This document shows positions 1-8,549 of a DNA stretch of 64,000 nucleotides, one piece after another. The DNA is taken from NCBI GenBank assembly GCA_965279375.1, contig OZ257156.1:4480001-4544000 (forward strand), given 5' to 3'. Positions within the stretch are counted from its first letter, which is position 1, and each line of letters begins with the position of its first letter. The DNA is from Gemmatimonas sp. (lineage in GTDB: Bacteria; Gemmatimonadota; Gemmatimonadetes; Gemmatimonadales; Gemmatimonadaceae). The position numbers and the translations under genes were made by a program. The notes beneath the pieces are model-generated. The model did not search any database and had not been told where the DNA came from. It saw only the letters and a list, made by a program, of their open reading frames with translations.

Positions 1-1
1 G

Positions 2-1837
2 ATCGAAGAAGGTGGCGCGATCGATCCCACGCGCCACGCGATTCTCTGCGCAAACCTGCTCGGCGGCTGCAATGGCACCACCGGCCCCAGCAACGAACGC
101 CCCGACGCGCTGCCGCCGTTCACGACGCGCGATCAGGCCGCCGTGCTTGCACTTCTGCTCGACGCGCTTGGCGTGCAGCAGCCGCTGCTCGTCTGCGGTG
201 GTTCACTCGGCGGCATGGTCACCTTGGAGTTCGCCGCGAGCTTCCCGGAGCGCGTGCGCGGTGCCGTCGTGCTGGCAGCGCCCGCGGCACAAACAGCCCA
301 GGGCATCGCGTGGGGCGCCATCATGCAACGCGCCATCGAGATCGGAGGTCCCGAGCAGGGACTCGCGCTCGCCCGCATGGTCGGCATGCTCAGCTATCGT
401 ACGCCCGAAGGACTCGAACGTCGCTTCGGGCGGACGCGCGACGCCGACGGTGCGTTCCTCGCGTCGTCCTGGTTGCAGTCGCATGGCGACAAGCTCGTAC
501 AGCGCTTCGATGCCACCAGCTACGCCGCGCTACTGCGCGCGATGGATGCGCATGACGTCGGTCGTGGTCGCGGCGGCATCACCGCCGCACTCGCGCCCGT
601 TGCCGATCGCATCGTCGGCGTCGGCATTCCAGGCGACCTGCTCTATCCGTCGGAGTCGGTGCAGGAGTGGACGTCCTCCATTTCCGCCCAGTACACCGAT
701 CTCCCGTCCATCCACGGGCACGACGGCTTTCTGCTCGAAGCCGAGCGCGTCGCGACCATCATTCGCGCGGCAATCACGCGCGCGGAGTCGGTCGCACCGT
801 CGCGGCCACCAAGCGGCGTGTCCTCGCTGCGGATCGTGAACGCGAGTTCGCGCGATACGACGCGCTCGGCAAGCACGCGCACATTGCGCGTCGCGCTGGC
901 GGGATGCGGGCATGTTGGTGGAAGCCTGCTCGATCTGCTCGGCGAACGTGTCGCGGGCGAGGGCCCGCGTGTGGATGTCACGCGTGTCCTCGTTCGGGAC
1001 GCGTTGCGCCCGCGTCCCGCGTTGGCGCAGGCGATCGCGCGCGGCCTGGCGGCTGACGGCTCTCGGATCGTCGATCCGGCGATACTCATCGACGACGACG
1101 TGGATGTGCTGGTGGAAGCGATCGGTGGCACGACCACCGCGCGCACGTTGGTGGAAACAGCGCTCCGTCGCGGTATTCGCGTGGTCACGGCCAACAAGGC
1201 ACTGCTCGCCGAGCGCGGCACGCAGCTCGCCGCGCTCGCGCGCAGCAACGGTACGCGCATCGACTTCGAAGGGGCGGTGGCTGGCGCAATTCCGGTAGTG
1301 CGTTGCCTGCGTAGCGGCGCGGCCGGCGTCGGCATCACGCGCATCCTCGGCATTCTCAACGGCACCAGCAACTACGTACTCGAGCGCGTCGCCGAAGGCG
1401 CGTCGTTGTCGGAAGCCATTACGACTGCGCAGCAGCTCGGTTACGCAGAAGCTGACCCCACGCGTGATCTCTCGGGCGAAGACGTCGAAGACAAGCTCCG
1501 CGTACTCGCGTGGCTCGCCTTCGGAGCGGACCCGGCCAGCCTTACGGTGATTCGGCGCGGCATCGACGCCGAGACGGCCGCATGGGCCGCGCGCGCGGCG
1601 AAGGACGGCGATCGCGTCAAGTTGCTCGCGAGTTGCAGTCTGGAGAATGGCGAACTGGTGTCACGCATCATCCCCACGCGTGTGACCGGCGACGATGCAT
1701 GGGCCTCCGTCACCGGCGCATTCAATCGCATCGTGATCGAGAGCTCGTCAGCGGGCGCGCTGGTCTTTCACGGCCCGGGCGCTGGCGGCCGTGCAACTGC
1801 CGGCGCGGTACTCGGCGACTTGCTTACGCCGGGCTGA
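2..1837 (+). CDS. metX: Homoserine O-acetyltransferase (MetX-like alpha/beta hydrolase) fused to homoserine dehydrogenase; 5' end lies outside the window
   Basis: Frame is open from position 2 (IEEGGAIDPTRHAILCANLLGGCNGTTGP). It has the GGSLGG nucleophile elbow, GDLLYP and HGHDGFL, followed by the Hom motifs GCGHVG, VVTANK, FEGAVAGAIP, GILNGTSNY, GYAEADPTRD and GPGAGG. Confidence 0.9.
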   Translation: MEEGGAIDPTRHAILCANLLGGCNGTTGPSNERPDALPPFTTRDQAAVLALLLDALGVQQPLLVCGGSLGGMVTLEFAASFPERVRGAVVLAAPAAQTAQGIAWGAIMQRAIEIGGPEQGLALARMVGMLSYRTPEGLERRFGRTRDADGAFLASSWLQSHGDKLVQRFDATSYAALLRAMDAHDVGRGRGGITAALAPVADRIVGVGIPGDLLYPSESVQEWTSSISAQYTDLPSIHGHDGFLLEAERVATIIRAAITRAESVAPSRPPSGVSSLRIVNASSRDTTRSASTRTLRVALAGCGHVGGSLLDLLGERVAGEGPRVDVTRVLVRDALRPRPALAQAIARGLAADGSRIVDPAILIDDDVDVLVEAIGGTTTARTLVETALRRGIRVVTANKALLAERGTQLAALARSNGTRIDFEGAVAGAIPVVRCLRSGAAGVGITRILGILNGTSNYVLERVAEGASLSEAITTAQQLGYAEADPTRDLSGEDVEDKLRVLAWLAFGADPASLTVIRRGIDAETAAWAARAAKDGDRVKLLASCSLENGELVSRIIPTRVTGDDAWASVTGAFNRIVIESSSAGALVFHGPGAGGRATAGAVLGDLLTPG

Positions 1838-3440
1838 TGCTTGGAGCGACGGCCGTGATGTCGAACGCGGCCGTCTCCACGACACCGTTGCGCTTCACCT
1901 GCACGAACACGCGATAGCGCCCGGCCGTCGGAAACGCGAAGGGGAACGACAGCGGTCCCGCCGCATGCATGGCGTGCATCGGCGCATCCGCTTGTTCTTC
2001 GCCGGCGATCGCCCGCGCGATGCTCGCGGAGTCGAGGATCGCCGTGTCGCCACGTTCACGTCGCATCAGTTGCGCCTGCGCCGTCATACTTGCCGTCCCC
2101 ATCGGATGCAGATGCATGAAGACGGTCGCGTCGCGGCGCAACACCATCGCGTGTCCGGCCATGCCCATATACGGCTCCAGCATGGACGGCTTCCCATCGG
2201 CGTCCTGCACGGTCACCGTCAGTCGCAGGTCACGACCCACGCGCACGGAGCCATCGGTCGCACGACCCGCCGAGTCGATGGACATCGTGATGCTGCCGCC
2301 CGAGGCCAGCGGAGCCGCACGCCCCATCGCGGTCGGCACCGTGCTGCGCCACGCGTCGTCGCCATCGGCCACCGGCACCGCTCGTAACCCGCCCGCGGAG
2401 ACCGTCGGTGATGCCGCACTCGTCACCTCGTCGCCCACCACCACCGGCGCGACCGGCACATCGATGGTGTCCACGAGCGTGCGCTGCGCGCCGTTCTGAA
2501 AGAGCAGATCGCCGAACAGCAGATACCGCCCGGCAGGAACCGCGGGCACCTTCGTCACGAACGCGTCGGCCTCCACGCGCAGCGGATGGAGATGCGCGAT
2601 GGTTTGCTGCGCGTCGGCGTCCACCAGGAACAGGTGCATCAGCTTGCCGTGGTCGGGCATCAACGGCAGCAAGCGGTTAGACCGCCACAGCGAATCCACG
2701 ATCGTGATCGTCAGCACCCGGCTCGCATCCACGGAGCGAACGGAGGATTCGATGCGGAACGGCTTGAGGATGCTGCGGCTATACGCCGCCGCCTCCGCGT
2801 CCCACCACTTCGATCCTCCAAACAGCGCCAAGGCGAGCAGCGACGCGGTGGACGCGATCGCAATACGTGCGGTGCGACGGCGCGCGGTGGAGGGCGCATC
2901 GCCGGCAGGCAGCGAGCCCTCGCGCACGGCCGCTCCAACGATCGTGAGCAGTCCGGTCACCAGCAGCACGCCGAGCACGCCGAGTAGTACGGACATGCCC
3001 CGCGTCATCGCGAGCGTGCGAGTCGCCGCGGTCTGCATCGGCACGACCACGCTGCCGTTGCCAGCCGGTCCTTCCACGGAGACGTACACGGCGTACGTAC
3101 TCGCCGTCATGATCCACAAGTCGTGCGCCCACACGCCTGGATCACCGGGCACGAGCGCCGCCGCTTCCGCCGGTGGCGCGCCGTTGGTGCCGACATTCCA
3201 CTGCGCCGCCCGCACGGTCACACGCGTTGGCGTGCCCTCGAGTACGCGCACGCTGATCGGCACCTGGGCCGGTACAACGCCCGGCGGGTTGATCAACACG
3301 CGCACCGGATAACCGCCCGCGCCCCCTTCGAACACCACCTGACTCGTGCCCACGTGCGCACTGAGCAACATCCAACCCAACAACGCCGTGGAGACGATCG
3401 CCCAGTGCCGCACCACGCGTGCGCGCAGGCGAGCCATCAT
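1824..3440 (-). CDS. Exported/membrane-anchored His/Met-rich protein, putative copper-binding
   Basis: 538 aa ORF with an N-terminal hydrophobic segment, two further TM-like stretches, duplicated motifs MPDHGKLMHLF...AHLHP and EPYMGMAGHAM...MHLHPMG, plus MHAMH. 4-bp ATGA overlap with the upstream gene. Confidence 0.7.
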   Translation of the reverse strand: MMARLRARVVRHWAIVSTALLGWMLLSAHVGTSQVVFEGGAGGYPVRVLINPPGVVPAQVPISVRVLEGTPTRVTVRAAQWNVGTNGAPPAEAAALVPGDPGVWAHDLWIMTASTYAVYVSVEGPAGNGSVVVPMQTAATRTLAMTRGMSVLLGVLGVLLVTGLLTIVGAAVREGSLPAGDAPSTARRRTARIAIASTASLLALALFGGSKWWDAEAAAYSRSILKPFRIESSVRSVDASRVLTITIVDSLWRSNRLLPLMPDHGKLMHLFLVDADAQQTIAHLHPLRVEADAFVTKVPAVPAGRYLLFGDLLFQNGAQRTLVDTIDVPVAPVVVGDEVTSAASPTVSAGGLRAVPVADGDDAWRSTVPTAMGRAAPLASGGSITMSIDSAGRATDGSVRVGRDLRLTVTVQDADGKPSMLEPYMGMAGHAMVLRRDATVFMHLHPMGTASMTAQAQLMRRERGDTAILDSASIARAIAGEEQADAPMHAMHAAGPLSFPFAFPTAGRYRVFVQVKRNGVVETAAFDITAVAPSISPA

Positions 3441-4624
3441 CTCTTCACCGCGCGCAGCCAGTTACCCCAGCCCAGTCCAGCACGCGCGGAGAGCACCGCG
3501 AGCACCACCGCCATGGCGTAGCCGCGCACGGCGGCGCCGGCACGTTCCTCCATGAATTCACCGGGTCCGGCGATCCACTCCGTCGGCAGCATGTACGGAT
3601 AGTTGTCCGATCGGAACAGCGCGTTGTGCGACGCAGGAGTCAGCAGGAATTCTCCGAACGGCCACTGCACCGCCGCGAAGGCAACGAGAAACGTCAGCCC
3701 GAGCACCAGCGCGCGCGTCCACGCGCCACGCGTCGCAGTCGCACGCAACACGAGGTCAATCGCGAACGCCGGCACAATCAACAGCAACGGAAAATCGAGC
3801 GGCACCATGTGCGAGATCGCTTGCCGGATGGGCCCAAGCTTTGGCGTCGCCGCAAAGAGCGGGAGTAGCCAGAGCTGCGTGCACATCACGGCGAGATACA
3901 CAGCCGCCGTCGCCGTGGCCGGATAACGCAGTCGCGTGGCGCGACCCGCAGCGACCAGCACGAACGGAAACACCAGCGCCGATGTCGCGTAGAACACGCC
4001 GCTGTGCATCATGTCCGGCTCGTGATACTCGCTGGTGAAGATCGCCAGCATCGTCAACACAAGGCCACTCGTGTACGCCACCGCCCACGGCGCCCGCGTG
4101 CCTGCATCCACAGCGCCCTCGTCGCGCGCCTGCTCCGCGACCGCCAGCAGCAGCGCGCCCGCCAGAATCGTCAGGAAGCCCATCGCCAGGAGCGCGTGCG
4201 GCGGACTGATGATCTTCACATCGAGACCATACGCGGCATGCCACCAGTCGTCGAACGGCGCCGAGGTGAGCATCGCCACCGCGCCCCAGATCGCGAGCCA
4301 TCCGCCGAGTGGGCCGTTGAAGAGGCGCCAGATCGTGACGCCGTCTTTCGGTCGGGCCGATGCAAAGAAGGATCGGCGCAGCACTTCATATCCGCTCGCC
4401 AGGCCAGCCACCGCGCCACCGGTATAGATCGCGAGATGTGCCGGCGTCCAGAACGTGTCGCGGCCAATCGTCATGTGCCACGAGATGTCCCAGATCAATC
4501 CGACGATGACGCTCGTCGCAGCAAACACTACGGCGGCGAGCTGCCACGGGAACGCCAATCGGTCGGCTGACGCGCCGGTGACGGCGGTTCGCGCTCCCTG
4601 GTGCGGCATGACGGACGAACTCAT
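3437..4624 (-). CDS. Polytopic membrane protein with PmoC/AmoC-like metal-site motifs
   Basis: 395 aa with many hydrophobic helices; motifs DISWHMTIGRDTFWTPAH and DDWWHAAYGLDVKIISPPH; strong AGGAGGAG RBS upstream. Confidence 0.75.
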   Translation of the reverse strand: MSSSVMPHQGARTAVTGASADRLAFPWQLAAVVFAATSVIVGLIWDISWHMTIGRDTFWTPAHLAIYTGGAVAGLASGYEVLRRSFFASARPKDGVTIWRLFNGPLGGWLAIWGAVAMLTSAPFDDWWHAAYGLDVKIISPPHALLAMGFLTILAGALLLAVAEQARDEGAVDAGTRAPWAVAYTSGLVLTMLAIFTSEYHEPDMMHSGVFYATSALVFPFVLVAAGRATRLRYPATATAAVYLAVMCTQLWLLPLFAATPKLGPIRQAISHMVPLDFPLLLIVPAFAIDLVLRATATRGAWTRALVLGLTFLVAFAAVQWPFGEFLLTPASHNALFRSDNYPYMLPTEWIAGPGEFMEERAGAAVRGYAMAVVLAVLSARAGLGWGNWLRAVKR

Positions 4625-4683
4625 TGCTCCTCCTGCGGCGTACGGACAGCGCTGTGGAACGAGGGGACGCGCTCTAATCGAAA

Positions 4684-5970
4684 CTAGCGAGGCGGTCGAG
4701 GTGCAGCAGATCCGCCGATGCCACGAGCCCGCAACAGGGACACCACAGAGTCCACGGGCAACGGCACCACGCGTCCCGCACGGCTCTGCACCGGCGTCGC
4801 CATCAGCATCGCGTCATAGAGCGCTTCTTCCGTCGCCTCCACCACCGCCTGAAACACAGCCGACATCGCCTCGTTCCCCAACTCCTGCGCAGAGGCCAGT
4901 ACGGCGTCCGGATTGCGGCGCACCAACGGCGACGAGGAGAACGCCAGCACGTAGTCGCCCGACCCGTTCGACGCGGATGACCCGGTCCGGCCCAGCGCCA
5001 TCACGGCGCGTGCCGCCATCCGCTCGAGATTGCGCGACAACAGCGGCGCATCTGTTGCCAGCACGATCATGCACGAGCCGTCTCCGCGTTCCGCGCCCAT
5101 ATCGCCAGGACCAGGCGGTCGCGAGCCACCAGCGGGCGCCACGTCGCGCTGGAACGAGTACCGACCCAGCAGCTGCCCAATCGGCACCCCGCCCATCTGC
5201 AGCACCCCACCGAAGTTGCCCTGCACCAGCACGCCGATGGTGTAGCCGCCGAGCGATGCAGGCAGTCGGCGCGACGACGTGCCGATGCCTCCCTTCCAGC
5301 CGAACATGATGGTGCCGTGTCCCGCCCCGACACTCCCTTCGGCGACGGGGCCCGTGTCCGCGACGGCCAGCGCGCGTACCACCGCCGCACCAATCCCCAC
5401 GCGCGATCGCGTCGCGTTGAGTCCCCCGTCGTTCGTCTCGCCGACGATCGGATTGATCGATCGCACCGACCCGTTCTCCGGCTTCTGCAGCATCCACTGC
5501 GCGAGCGCATCGCCCGCCTGCCAGATGCAGAGCGTGCAGGAGAGCACGATCGGCGTCTCGATCTCGCCCAGCTCTCGCAGCTGCGTCACTCCCAGCAGCT
5601 TGCCGAAGCCATTCCCCACGTGAAGCGCGGCCGGCACGCGGTCGCGATAGAGGTCGCCGCCGTGCGGCAGAATCGCCGTCACGCCGGTCCGGAGCGAATC
5701 GCCCTCGCTGACGGTCGCGTGCCCCACGCGCACTCCGGGCACGTCGGTCAGCGCGTTGTGCGGCCCCGGCGTAAAAATGCCCGTTGCCAGTCCAATGGCT
5801 CGCGCTCGCGTCGGTCGGTTGGGAGTCGGCGTCTGCGCACCAAGGCTCCCCCCAAGCGCCGACGAGACGAAGAGAGTCGCGACCACAGTCGCGATCACGG
5901 TCACGAACATAGAATCGATCGTGGTGGCGAATTCCAACGGACGCCGAGCGAAAAGCGGGTTTGCGGGCAT
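4684..5970 (-). CDS. dmpA: P1/S58 family peptidase (DmpA-like aminopeptidase), probably exported; start could be 5910
   Basis: NALTDVPGVRVGH, TGVTAILP, NGFGKLLG, GETNDGGLN, EGSVGAGHG, WKGGIGTSSR and the GS autocleavage motif (GDGSCMIV). Confidence 0.88.
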   Translation of the reverse strand: MPANPLFARRPLEFATTIDSMFVTVIATVVATLFVSSALGGSLGAQTPTPNRPTRARAIGLATGIFTPGPHNALTDVPGVRVGHATVSEGDSLRTGVTAILPHGGDLYRDRVPAALHVGNGFGKLLGVTQLRELGEIETPIVLSCTLCIWQAGDALAQWMLQKPENGSVRSINPIVGETNDGGLNATRSRVGIGAAVVRALAVADTGPVAEGSVGAGHGTIMFGWKGGIGTSSRRLPASLGGYTIGVLVQGNFGGVLQMGGVPIGQLLGRYSFQRDVAPAGGSRPPGPGDMGAERGDGSCMIVLATDAPLLSRNLERMAARAVMALGRTGSSASNGSGDYVLAFSSSPLVRRNPDAVLASAQELGNEAMSAVFQAVVEATEEALYDAMLMATPVQSRAGRVVPLPVDSVVSLLRARGIGGSAAPRPPR

Positions 5971-6023
5971 GCGCGAAACTATCGCGCCTTCACGCGCTCC
6001 GTGGCGCCCGGCATATTGCGCGC

Positions 6024-7115
6024 ATGACGCTACGCCCGCTCTTCGGCCATCACGAGCTCCGCCAACGACTGGCGGCGGCGATGCATGACGGCCGCCTGCC
6101 CGCGAGTCTGCTCTTGCAGGGATCGCGCGGGGTGGGCAAGCAACGACTAGCGATCTGGCTGGGACAACTGCTCCTCTGCGAGCGAGCCGCCTCTGGTCGT
6201 CTGGTGGACCCCTGCGGCGAGTGTCAGCAGTGCCGCTATTCAGCCCGGCTCGTGCATCCGGATCTGCACTGGTTCTTCCCGCGGCCACGACTCAAGGACG
6301 GCGACGCCTCGCACGCCGACGTCGCCGCGGACCTCGGCGAAGCCATTGCCGAACGCCTGGAAGCCGACGGGCTCTGGGCCGCACCGCCCGGCTCGGACGG
6401 CATTCAGGTCGCCACGATCCGGGCGCTCGTGCACTCGGCGTCCGTTCGTCCCGCAATGGCCAAGCGCTCGGTGTTCATCATTGGGGACGCCGAGCGAATG
6501 GTGGCGCAGGAAGGCGCGGATCAGGCGGCCAACGCGCTACTCAAGCTGCTCGAAGAGCCGCCGCCCAATGCGACGCTGATCCTGACGACGAGCGAACCCG
6601 GTGCGCTGCTGCCGACCATCAAGTCGCGCGTGGTCTCGGTACGCGTGCCCACCGTACCGCGGGCCGATCTCGAGGAGCTTCTTCAGGATCCTGCGGTGCA
6701 GAAGCGACTTGGCTCCGCCTCGCGCGACGAGCTGATTGCCCGCGCAAGCGGCGCGCCGGGCATGCTGTTCGGCGTGGAGTCCACGGCCGGCGCGTACGCC
6801 GCTGCGCGCAAGATGCTCGAAGCCGCGTTGCAGCCGTCGAACCCCGCCGGGTCGGTCGAGCGTATCAAGACCGCCGCACGACAGGGGGTCGCCGGTGCGC
6901 GCGGTGCTTTCTCCGACATGCTCGACGCGCTGACCGTGCTACTGCATGACCGGGTTAAACGACTCGTCGCCGCGGGCCACGAATCCGACGCGCGTCGCGC
7001 CGCGTCGGCGATGTTGTTGATCGAAGATGCGAAGCTGCGCGCGCACGGCAACGTCAGTCCACAGTTGCTCAGTGCATCGCTGCTGCGATCATTACACGAC
7101 ACGCTGCGTCCCTGA
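6024..7115 (+). CDS. holB: DNA polymerase III subunit delta'
   Basis: GSRGVGK, zinc site CxxxxxxxxxxPCGECQQC, HPDLH, ANALLKLLEEPP, LLPTIKSR. Confidence 0.9.
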   Translation: MTLRPLFGHHELRQRLAAAMHDGRLPASLLLQGSRGVGKQRLAIWLGQLLLCERAASGRLVDPCGECQQCRYSARLVHPDLHWFFPRPRLKDGDASHADVAADLGEAIAERLEADGLWAAPPGSDGIQVATIRALVHSASVRPAMAKRSVFIIGDAERMVAQEGADQAANALLKLLEEPPPNATLILTTSEPGALLPTIKSRVVSVRVPTVPRADLEELLQDPAVQKRLGSASRDELIARASGAPGMLFGVESTAGAYAAARKMLEAALQPSNPAGSVERIKTAARQGVAGARGAFSDMLDALTVLLHDRVKRLVAAGHESDARRAASAMLLIEDAKLRAHGNVSPQLLSASLLRSLHDTLRP

Positions 7116-7151
7116 CCGCGCTGCCCTCCACACCTCGCTGCCACATCTATA

Positions 7152-7664
7152 ATGGAAGAGTTCGCTGGGGCCCCGGATCCGTCCGCGCGGGAGTTTTCGC
7201 ACCTCGACGGGGGAGGGAAATTCCGGATGGTAGACGTCGCCGAGAAGCCGATTTCGGTCCGGACAGCGCTCGCCAGCGGTTGTATCCGGATGCAGCCGGA
7301 AACACTTAAAGCCATACAGGAAAACACGTTAGCAAAAGGCGACGTCGTTCCGGTGGCGCGCCTGGCCGGTCTTCAGGCCGCCAAACGGACAGCCGACCTG
7401 ATACCGCTCTGTCACCCGCTTCCGTTGTCGGGCATCGACGTCAGGGTTACCGTTGATGCATCCCTGCCCGGTCTCCGGGTCGAGGGTTTCGTCCGTACCA
7501 CCGCCCAAACCGGGGTGGAGATGGAAGCGTTGACTGCAGTGTCTGTGTCGCTGTTGACGATTTACGACATGGCCAAGGCAATTGATCGGTCGATGGTGAT
7601 CTCCGATATCGTGTTGCGCGAAAAGCGCGGCGGCACGAAGGGGGACTTCACCCGCGATCCGTGA
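7152..7664 (+). CDS. moaC: Cyclic pyranopterin monophosphate synthase
   Basis: SHLD..G..RMVDV, KGDV, AAKRTADLIPLCHPL, TGVEMEALT, TIYDMAKAID. Confidence 0.96.
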   Translation: MEEFAGAPDPSAREFSHLDGGGKFRMVDVAEKPISVRTALASGCIRMQPETLKAIQENTLAKGDVVPVARLAGLQAAKRTADLIPLCHPLPLSGIDVRVTVDASLPGLRVEGFVRTTAQTGVEMEALTAVSVSLLTIYDMAKAIDRSMVISDIVLREKRGGTKGDFTRDP

Positions 7665-7688
7665 ACGTCTCGAAGAAGCGAGGTTCCA

Positions 7689-8501
7689 ATGCACGATACA
7701 GCTGTTGCAGTGCGTAGTCTTGAAGCGCGTGCGCGACGCCGGCGGATGCATCGCCGGTCTGCCAAGCGCCGTTTGTCCCAGGTGTTTCTGCCGGCCGCCG
7801 GTTTGCTCGCTCTCGCGCTGTTCCTGACGCCCGAGCCGTCACCGCGCACCACGCCAGGCGTCGCCTCAGATAGCACGACCGCCGTCGGCCCGCTTGCCGT
7901 GCAGCCGTCGTGGCGCCCCGCCGGATCCGTCTTGCTACGTCGTCCGGAATTGCGTCAGCCGCCCGTGACCCGTTCCGACTCTGCGAACGCGTTGCCGTTT
8001 GGTCTGGCACCGCGCACCCTCGCGTCGGCCGACTCGCAGCCACGTGAGTCGATCAGCCGCTGGCATCGCATCTATACCTACACGGCGCGCTACCACATCC
8101 GCACGGACCTCGCGCGTCGCATCTACGATGCCTCCATCGCCGCTGGCATCGAGCCGGAGCTCGGCTTCCGTCTGGTCCGCGTCGAAAGCGTCTTCGATCC
8201 GCGCGCTCGTTCGGCCGCAGGTGCGCTCGGCCTGACGCAGCTCATGCTCGGCACGGCGCGGGCGTTTGAACCCAAAGTCACGCGCGAACAGCTCCTCGAC
8301 CCCGACGTGAACCTGCGGATCGGCTTCCGCTACCTTCGCGGGCTCATTCGCGAGTACAAGGGCGATCTCAAGCTGGCGTTACTGGTCTACAACCGCGGCC
8401 CAGGCGCGGTGCAGAGCGCGCTCAGCATGGGCGTGAATCCCGGCAACGGCTACGACAGTCTGGTGATGCGCGGTTACCGAGGTCGCGGCACCCTCGACTG
8501 A
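7689..8501 (+). CDS. Lytic transglycosylase, SLT domain
   Basis: VESVFDP.A.S.AGALGLTQL, NLRIGFRYL, ALLVYNRG; N-terminal TM segment. Confidence 0.85.
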   Translation: MHDTAVAVRSLEARARRRRMHRRSAKRRLSQVFLPAAGLLALALFLTPEPSPRTTPGVASDSTTAVGPLAVQPSWRPAGSVLLRRPELRQPPVTRSDSANALPFGLAPRTLASADSQPRESISRWHRIYTYTARYHIRTDLARRIYDASIAAGIEPELGFRLVRVESVFDPRARSAAGALGLTQLMLGTARAFEPKVTREQLLDPDVNLRIGFRYLRGLIREYKGDLKLALLVYNRGPGAVQSALSMGVNPGNGYDSLVMRGYRGRGTLD

Positions 8502-8524
8502 TCTGCGACGAACCACAAAGAAAG

Positions 8525-8549
8525 AGGCGCCCTACCGGGCGCCTTTTTT
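8525..8549. terminator. Intrinsic terminator between the convergent transglycosylase genes, probably bidirectional
   Basis: Stem AGGCGCCC-TACC-GGGCGCCT followed by TTTTT, with an A-rich run on the 5' side. Confidence 0.7.

Noticed and set aside
1824..4624. Calling this locus a bona fide pMMO/AMO operon
   Set aside because: No recognisable pmoA/pmoB in the window, and similarity is limited to the metal motifs as far as I can see. Methanotrophy or nitrification is not supported.
4684..6288. Long N-terminal extensions given by the ORF track for dmpA (also the amidohydrolase, GH3, NhaC, cruF and rsmD)
   Set aside because: The extensions overlap neighbouring genes and lack family-like sequence, so downstream starts were chosen.
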